From assembly GCA_965644295.1 (NCBI GenBank), contig CBFFRP010000383.1, forward strand, positions 1 through 6,081: 6,081 bases of DNA, in the 5' to 3' direction. Both the position numbers and the translations under genes were made by a program. Source of the stretch: Paraphysomonas bandaiensis. Lineage: Eukaryota; Protista; Chrysophyceae. Numbering within the stretch: position 1 is the first letter of the stretch; every line of letters begins with the position of its first letter. Positions 1 to 6,011 of the stretch are shown in pieces. Below the pieces are notes generated by a model. It worked only from the letters and a program-made list of their open reading frames with translations. It was not told the origin of the DNA and did not search any database.

Positions 1-330
1 ATTCAGTTTGCCTTTGAAGTGTAATAAGTCAAACTGAAAATTCTGCATATACACACGCATACGTACAATACGATCCACCTCTGATTGCTCCATCCACTTC
101 AGATTAGCATGATCAGTAAGAAGTGTAAAGTGTTTACCCCGCACGTAATACGACAGTTTATAGATGCTGTAAAACGCTCCGAAACACTCCTTATCAATGA
201 TAGACCATTTCATTGCATTGGCGGTAAACTTCTTCGATATCAATGCAATGACTTGAAACAATTCTACACCCTCATTGGAAATTGCAATCTGAATTAACAC
301 TCCACCACAGGCATAGTCTGAAGCATCAGT
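1..330 (-). mobile_element. Ty3/Gypsy LTR-retrotransposon pol fragment, RNase H domain (5'-truncated, continues off the left edge)
   Basis: Manual translation of 330->1 has no stop: TDASDYACGGVLIQIAISNEGVELFQVIALISKKFTANAMKWSIIDKECFGAFYSIYKLSYYVRGKHFTLLTDHANLKWMEQSEVDRIVRMRVYMQNFQFDLLHFKGKLN. It carries the Ty3/Gypsy RNase H motifs TDAS..GGVL, SKKF, W...xKE, F.L.TDH.NL and H..GK.N. The frame stays open to 360, but 331-360 (KGVIKAHGFT) does not look like pol. Confidence 0.93.
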
Positions 331-907
331 TGTAAAGCCGTGGGCTTTTATAACACCCTTTTACACGTTTTATGACATCATCATAATAATATTGATAACT
401 ATATTACTGCAATAACGATATGATAACATAATATGTATGGTATATGTAGCTTGTTTTGTATAAGATTGGTGACAACAAGAGATACAGATTATTATTACGA
501 GGGCAAGACGACAGACAACTAGGATTTACCCTCGAACACACGTTTTCTTTGATCTACGCGATTGCTACCCGTCGGTTTACGCCTATATCCATACGGTAGT
601 CGGTGTCATAGCGTTTTGGGTCAGGAAGCATTGATTGGTACCGCATGTGCGATATTCGTAGTCCACCCATCGATATGAGAAGTCTTCTGATGTTTTTGAA
701 CAGCTCTATGTGCTTGCTCACCGTTCCGGACTATGATATACGATTATTTTTCCATTATTACACACCATCGATTTTCTCTGGAGTGTCCATAAATTGGTAA
801 GGGGCTTTAGGCCTGGTGTCAAATGATGGCATGGTTGATACTTGACTCAAGTATGAATGTATAATTATGGGCACGTTCCTTGTACACAGCTGATGTGTAT
901 TAATACA
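331..907 (+). mobile_element. Candidate 5' LTR of the Gag-bearing element (boundaries tentative)
   Basis: Begins TGTAAAG where RNase H similarity stops. Candidate end TAATACA (901-907) gives TGTA/TACA termini, followed after 2 nt by TGGCGGTTG (910-918), the LTR-CA/short gap/TGG layout of a primer-binding site. An alternative end is TTACA at 758-762. No second LTR copy or TSD partner is in the window. Confidence 0.3.
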
Positions 908-916
908 TTTGGCGGT

Positions 917-1112
917 TGAAATGTGATTGCAATTGTCATGAAATGTGCTTGCAATTTTTGTGGATTCGAATATTGTCATTTTTTGGGTGTTTGTGGCTCG
1001 AAAATCGGCGATTTTCTGCAATTCTCAAAAATTGGGGATTTTTGGGTTTTTGGGACTAAAAAATCGGAGTTTTTTGGAAAGGACCTATTTAGGCGTATTT
1101 CAGGGCGTTTTT
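917..1112. repeat. Short direct repeats and phased A/T tracts
   Basis: TGAAATGTG(A/C)TTGCAATT at 917-934 and 939-956 (17/18 identical). Three related 15-mers: AAAATCGGCGATTTT (1001-1015), AAAATTGGGGATTTT (1028-1042), AAAATCGGAGTTTTT (1060-1074). A/T runs recur about every 10-11 bp. Confidence 0.7.
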
Positions 1113-1536
1113 GACTATAAACGATGTAGGATATGAATCGTATGTAGTGTAGTACATGTATGAGCATATTGTACGGTTGTGGTTGCATTCAATGTCCTGT
1201 GTATGAGGAGGAGTCTTTAGACTAGGGGTCTGTCTTTTGTTTCGCTTGTAACTTTAGTTTTAATAATAATTCTCTATGAAATTAACATAGTTGGTTGACT
1301 GATCTGTCTATTGGGAGCTTTAGATTGCAGGATACAGGGGAGCTTGTGTTTCTGGCTGTTGGTTTCTTAAAGAGTTATTATTATAGTTTTCTGTTTTGTT
1401 GTTTCGACAAACAACCATTTCACATATCTTTTCAGTGATCTTAGGTTGCAAGACCTGAGTTGTTTATAGTAAATTTACTCACGGTAAAACACGTAAGTGA
1501 AGATATCATTATTGTAGTTTATAGATATATATCGAA

Positions 1537-2580
1537 ATGTCTGATTCGGAGGGTCCTGTTGGTTCATCTGAGTTAGATGAAGTTAAGGAAATGTTACGGG
1601 GAATTGCTCTCAATTTGGAGAACGTCACTAAGTTGTGTGTAGCAACTGCCAGTAGGGTAGATAATCTGGAGTCCAGAATGTCTATTAATGAAGAAGTTTT
1701 AGTTAATGAGCTGGAGGAAGCTCAGAAGGAAGTAGATGAGGCCATCCGTGACCAGCGTGAAGAGCAGCAGGGACATACCAGAGAGAGTGGCAGGGCTGCC
1801 GACGACAAAGGCAAGAAGAAAGAGCGAAGGACATCTGTATTCATGAGGGAGGCTGAGTCTTCAGAGGGAATGGAGGTTCCAAAGCATGTCATCATCAATG
1901 TTGAAAAGCCATCCCATAAGCATATTTTTCTGGATTCGATGGAGCTTAGTGATTTTACAAAGTTTATCATCCAATGGTTTGAATATGAACAGATCAATGG
2001 GATTAAGCTTGAGCCAGCCCAGATAGTTAGCAGGCGTGTTCGGAACCTGCTTATGTTCAACAATAGCTTGACGGATAAAATGTTTGTTAAGTTGAGTGCT
2101 CAGAAATTCTGTGAGCTGATGGCTAAGGAGACCAAGGTGTTGTCCAAAGTGGAGTTCATTGAGACTTTGCGATACGCGCTGAGATATTTTAAGCCACTGG
2201 ATTGGAAATCAGTGCGGCCGAATACACATGAGCTGTTTTTTCAAGAGATTTTGAAGCGAAAGAGTATTTTTATGCGTACGTTTACTATCATGATGGAGGC
2301 CAATAGTACTAAGTGTCCGCCGGTTGGAGGAAAAGAGTTTGGATCGGCTCAAGTATTTTTGGAGTTGATCGACGAGTCTTACAACAAACGAGTTCTGGCT
2401 GAGATTCCAAGGGTGACGGATACTAATTATGGTAATGTTGAAGAGTTTCTGGATACATACGTTTCCAAGGCGAGTGAGCATTATGAGGCGTCCAAGAACA
2501 TCAGATTGGTGCCTTATGAAGGGTCCGATTTCAGTAGGAAGCAAATTCAAAGGAGTTCGAGGAATAGTTCTGCAATATGA
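1537..2580 (+). CDS. 347-aa intronless ORF, probable retrotransposon Gag (capsid-like) protein
   Basis: A long uninterrupted ORF in AT-rich DNA. N-terminal acidic coiled-coil-like segment (aa ~12-78), a charged linker, then a helical-looking domain with spaced aromatics (DFTKFIIQWFEYE, VFLELID, VEEFLDTY). No CCHC knuckle. The ORF itself is very likely real; the Gag call is inferred from architecture and the Gypsy neighbourhood, not from a diagnostic motif. Confidence 0.6.
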   Translation: MSDSEGPVGSSELDEVKEMLRGIALNLENVTKLCVATASRVDNLESRMSINEEVLVNELEEAQKEVDEAIRDQREEQQGHTRESGRAADDKGKKKERRTSVFMREAESSEGMEVPKHVIINVEKPSHKHIFLDSMELSDFTKFIIQWFEYEQINGIKLEPAQIVSRRVRNLLMFNNSLTDKMFVKLSAQKFCELMAKETKVLSKVEFIETLRYALRYFKPLDWKSVRPNTHELFFQEILKRKSIFMRTFTIMMEANSTKCPPVGGKEFGSAQVFLELIDESYNKRVLAEIPRVTDTNYGNVEEFLDTYVSKASEHYEASKNIRLVPYEGSDFSRKQIQRSSRNSSAI

Positions 2581-3160
2581 TGTGATATATATTGTGCAAT
2601 TGAAGTGAGTTAACAGTGTGCAATTATAGGTAAAGTCAACTCATAGGTGTAACGGGTGATTATAGTAGTTACAAAGGAATTAAATTCAGTTACTGATGTG
2701 TGACTATACAAGATATAGAACTGACTGATGAACATATGATAAACAGATGTTGCTATAAGAACAGATGTTTCAACATATGTTACACGAATATGTAGTGAAG
2801 TGTTCAGAATAATAATCATAATTTCTTACTTGAAAGTGCATTGTGTTCAACAGCAAGGTTACGGTTTACGCGTAGAGCAAAGTTAACTTCAGTGAAATGT
2901 CCATTGTTAACATTGCAATATACTGCAATCCAATATATTCATACCCGACCCTGATAGGAATATAGTTTTTTGTCCTTAATTTTTAGTGACTGTGAGCCAC
3001 TGTCACTGAAAGTATTTTTGTGGCAAACCTCTATCCAATGTCTTCTTCTCTTAGTAACTTTGTTTTTGTTAACATTGCATTGTCTAAAGCATTATTGAAC
3101 TGCTCAATCCACACTAGTCAGTAACGCTTTATACATCAAACATTAGGTTATTCACCCTCA

Positions 3161-3497
3161 ACAAAGTCGGACTCGTACCTTTTCGTGGTGTTCTGGGGGA
3201 TAAAAGTACCGGAGAGATTCTCTCTGGGAAACTAACGTGAGCCGCAAACGTAGTCAGCAGATATTTTTCTGCCCACTCATAGCCGACTGCTTGTGTGGTA
3301 CAAGGGACACCAATAAGTGTCACTTGTGTAGACGTCTTTGGGCCCTGACGAATACACAGGCATCCGGGAATGGGCCTACCTCAAGGGCATCCGGGACAGG
3401 GTCCACCTGAAGGGTAACCGGGGTATTGGGCTGCCTGCTGAAGTCAAGCATCCGGGATGTTCACATTAAGAACTCAGAGCGGAACAAGCAGCTTCCG
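3161..3497. other. GC-richer island with dense stem-loop potential (candidate structured RNA or element UTR)
   Basis: Closing stem AGTCGG 3165-3170/CCGACT 3283-3288 encloses four consecutive hairpins. Further hairpins lie at 3300-3327, 3325-3358, 3448-3460 and 3480-3497. No credible ORF. Confidence 0.4.
3359..3457. repeat. Degenerate 27-bp tandem repeat (about 3.5 units)
   Basis: GGCATCCGGGA at 3359 and 3386, GGTAACCGGGG at 3413 (period 27), and GCATCCGGGA at 3448. Confidence 0.8.
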
Positions 3498-3504
3498 TAG
3501 CGTC

Positions 3505-3816
3505 AAATAGTAGGATAATAGAGTGTGTACTGATTAGTTACAGGTAGAAGTCTAACTAGTTTGTCTAGCATTCATCTAGCTGCTTAGTTGGTGCAGGTTT
3601 TTAACGCCTATTGCTAAGAATAAGACTTTCAATATAGGTTATTCATCGCAGCATATTTGTTCTAAGTTCTAAATTAAGAAGAAATTTGTATCCCATCCGT
3701 CTGAATGTGAATAGTTGACAAAATAGTGAATAGTGAATATCTTTCTATTTTAGCAGTAGGCGACTAAGAGTCAGAACTAATATAGCAGCTTAACTAACTC
3801 TGATATCCTACTATTT
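3505..3816. mobile_element. Possible small inverted-repeat element (MITE-like), 312 bp
   Basis: AAATAGTAGGATAatAGAGT (3505-3524) matches the reverse complement of ACTCTgaTATCCTACTATTT (3797-3816) at 18/20, with the outer 13 bp perfect. The interior is AT-rich and non-coding. No unambiguous TSD, though TA at 3508-3509 and 3812-3813 is possible. Confidence 0.45.
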
Positions 3817-3946
3817 ACTATTTAATGCAACGAAAGCTGTTTATGCGTCACCGAAAGCACCAAGGTTACTTTAGCTCTATCACTCAAACCAAACGCAGTC
3901 AGCAAGCAGAATGTTGATGCATCTGACATCTGCTGACTACAGGAGT

Positions 3947-4575
3947 CAGGGCTGCGTAACAATTAATTGAATTGCAGTTAATTGCAATTAATTGTAATTG
4001 CAATTAAATTGCATGGGGTATACGTAATAATTGCAATTATAATTGCTCGCTGGAAGGTTGCAATTAAATTGCAATTAATTGGCAATTATTAACTACATAG
4101 TATAAGCACATAATATTAGAAATAGAAGTTGGAAAACATTAAGGGCGATGGCCATTTATTGCCCTTAATGGCTATTACATTGGTGGGAAGGTTGGCCTCT
4201 CATTATAACGTTTTATTTACATTAAGAGAGGTACTGTTTCTTTGAACGGTCGATTACGACCTACAAAACTTAGTTCAGCTCGATCCATAGTATATATGTA
4301 ATGCTCAATACCCTTCTAGTTTTAGATATATATATTATATAAGTAGCGTGGCAATCATGTTCTTCCGATCCTGTCTCACAGGACACTGCAGGATTGTAGT
4401 TCACTACGAACTGGATATGCAGCAGTATGGACATGGAAGATTCTGTGGAATGCAAGTACGGTTGAAGATGCTATACGTGCTTGTAATGAGTAACTAAGTT
4501 AATGAGACAGTAATTGGCACAATTAAATTAAAAAACACTTGCAATTAAATTGCAATTAATTGTTACGCAGCCCTG
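3947..4575. mobile_element. Non-autonomous hAT-superfamily DNA transposon (MITE), 629 bp
   Basis: Perfect 23-bp TIRs CAGGGCTGCGTAACAATTAATTG (3947-3969; reverse complement at 4553-4575) and a perfect 8-bp TSD ACAGGAGT (3939-3946 and 4576-4583). CAG termini plus an 8-bp TSD are the hAT signature. Subterminal TTGCAATT repeats at both ends; no transposase ORF. Confidence 0.93.
3961..4088. repeat. Left subterminal TTGCAATT repeat array of the hAT MITE
   Basis: Perfect TTGCAATT at 3982, 3998, 4031, 4058 and 4069 plus degenerate copies; two more at the right end (4539, 4550). The 24-mer TTGCAATTAAATTGCAATTAATTG is identical at 4058-4081 and 4539-4562. Confidence 0.88.
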
Positions 4576-5128
4576 ACAGGAGTAGTTGACATAATTAATA
4601 TTCTAAATAGAAAATAAATAAAGTCAGAAAGCACAACACGCAGTTAATTACAATTGTGATAATATTATAGTCAAGTCACCATAGTCCTTAATTCAGTACA
4701 TCTAATATCTAATACATTTCATAAATATTAAACATTACTTATACACGTGCATTACAACATTCAACTACTCTATTCGTTGCTATCGGATCTACACCAAACA
4801 CTCTCAGCTTCTCAGCTTCAGCATTTTGTTGTTAACTCTGTAAACTTAACTAACACTGAATCTAATACATGGAACAGCGGATATCACCATTCCTCGAATA
4901 ACACTCACCTGAACTCTTCATACACATATTAGCGACGTGTTAAGTTAGGACGCACGTTTGCTGCTGTATATCTTTGTATACTTCATACTTCATACGAAGC
5001 TACACTTGGCGAATCTACAATTCAACAGCAACTTAAGTCGTCACTGCACATCATACCGATATGCTTCATAATAGCGACTAATAATAAACAAAATCAACCA
5101 TTTGGTCCCCACGTTGAAGCAAACCACT

Positions 5129-5407
5129 TTACTTGGCATTACTTTGGTTGTTCTTCAATATCATATAGTACAATGCTATATACACAACTAATTGTAAAAC
5201 TAAAAATACGTGAATTTCTGTTTCCCGTCGAACTACATCTTGTACACTGTCACTTATACTCGAACCATTTATATCATCTGATTCAAATGATTGCGACGAG
5301 TTCAATTGAGGGATTATCTCCATTCGACGAGTTTCTGACTGGGGCACGGGTACTTCTCCTGACAGACTGCTATCTTCGGAGTTCCTGGGGACTACTGAAA
5401 GCTCCTC
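5129..5407 (-). CDS. FYVE-domain protein, downstream exon (3' end uncertain)
   Basis: After the acceptor TTTTTTTACCAG the frame reads EELSVVPRNSEDSSLSGEVPVPQSETRR..., in frame with ORF 5129..5347. It is Ser/acidic low-complexity sequence. The last ~26 codons are AT-rich and could be read-through of another intron. Confidence 0.7.
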   Translation of the reverse strand, partial: EELSVVPRNSEDSSLSGEVPVPQSETRRMEIIPQLNSSQSFESDDINGSSISDSVQDVVRRETEIHVFLVLQLVVYIALYYMILKNNQSNAK

Positions 5408-5456
5408 CTGGTAAAAAAATGTATCTTACACTACTTCTGGGTAACAGTAGTTGTAC
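5408..5456 (-). other. 49-nt GT-AG spliceosomal intron
   Basis: Minus strand CAG|GTACAA...TTTTTTTACCAG|GAG. Phase 0; removing it fuses two ORFs of the track into a 232-aa product. Confidence 0.8.
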
Positions 5457-5876
5457 CTGTCCAAAGTAACATAATCTGCATATGCGCACGGGCCCGTACT
5501 CCCTGTACTCACGTATTCGGATTCTATCCGGAGAACATTGATTACATATGATATTTCCACACCCTCGGCAGTGATGTTTTCTTGTAAAGAAGGAAAATTT
5601 GGTCGCGCAAACCATGCACTTATCGACGTCGCTATCCAACACCCATCCAATATGGCGGTACGAAGAAAGCACAGATGACCTGATGTAAGCGCGTCGCACG
5701 TAGGTTTGTTTCCCACCCACAATAGCCAAAGTTTTTCGAAAGAGAACAGAATTATCATCCACTGCTAAGGAGTTAAACGGATCTGATTCATCGGAACTCT
5801 TTATTGGAGCATCAATCTTCTCAGATTTGCGGTTTCGTGCAGTGCTGATCAAAGTAGTAATTATCTTGTCCATCAT
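5457..5876 (-). CDS. FYVE zinc-finger (PI3P-binding) domain protein, FYVE-containing exon
   Basis: Full FYVE signature: WxxD (WVLD), CMVC, RKHHCRGCG, ICNQCS and RICRLC, with all eight zinc-ligand cysteines. The true start may lie in an upstream exon. Confidence 0.93.
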
Positions 5877-6011
5877 CGGCTGAAGCCAACCAATTAATCA
5901 CAACACCATGAATATCGCGTGCACTGACAGGAAAGCATTGCCGGAGTATACAGGCTACATATGAACTCTAAGCAATTGATGCCATCGGCAAACTGCTGTG
6001 TGAGATGATTG

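Noticed and set aside
85-297. 70-aa plus-strand ORF
   Set aside because: Antisense shadow of the RNase H frame; no motif.
758-1188. Four overlapping short ORFs (63-87 aa)
   Set aside because: They arise from A/T-tract repeats (F/K-rich) and show no domain.
1193-1336. Alternative short LTR TGTCCTG...CAGGATACA
   Set aside because: Termini match only loosely, no TGG PBS follows, and there is no second copy.
1722-2550. Two 113-aa minus-strand ORFs
   Set aside because: Antisense shadows of the Gag-like ORF.
2731-2782. AACAGATGTT/AACATATG(A/T)T short repeats as a CRISPR-like array
   Set aside because: Units are only 10 bp with irregular short spacing, in eukaryotic AT-rich DNA with no cas genes.
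2985-3007. Hairpin AGTGAC-t-GTG-agc-CAC-t-GTCACT as a Helitron 3' end or terminator
   Set aside because: No CTRR about 10-15 nt downstream on either strand; an isolated hairpin has no assignable role.
3222-3260. CTGGGAAAC...AGTCAGCAG resembling group I intron P/Q elements
   Set aside because: No convincing R and S elements forming P7, and no host exon context.
3345-3351. CTGACGA as a hammerhead ribozyme core
   Set aside because: No GAAA positioned across stem II and no room for stems I and III with an NUH site.
3897-3938. Imperfect fold-back centred on GATGCATC next to the MITE
   Set aside because: Needs several bulges; cannot be distinguished from chance.
4747-4932. 61-aa plus ORF and a minus-strand CAG|GTGAGT...TTACAG intron-like segment (4838-4908)
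   Set aside because: Splicing yields only a 10-codon peptide and neither strand gives a recognisable protein; a UTR intron cannot be excluded.
5173-5758. ORFs 5173..5469 (+), 5426..5758 (-) and the C-terminal 28 aa of ORF 5370..5876
   Set aside because: Antisense or alternative-frame shadows of the FYVE gene, and read-through of its 49-nt intron.
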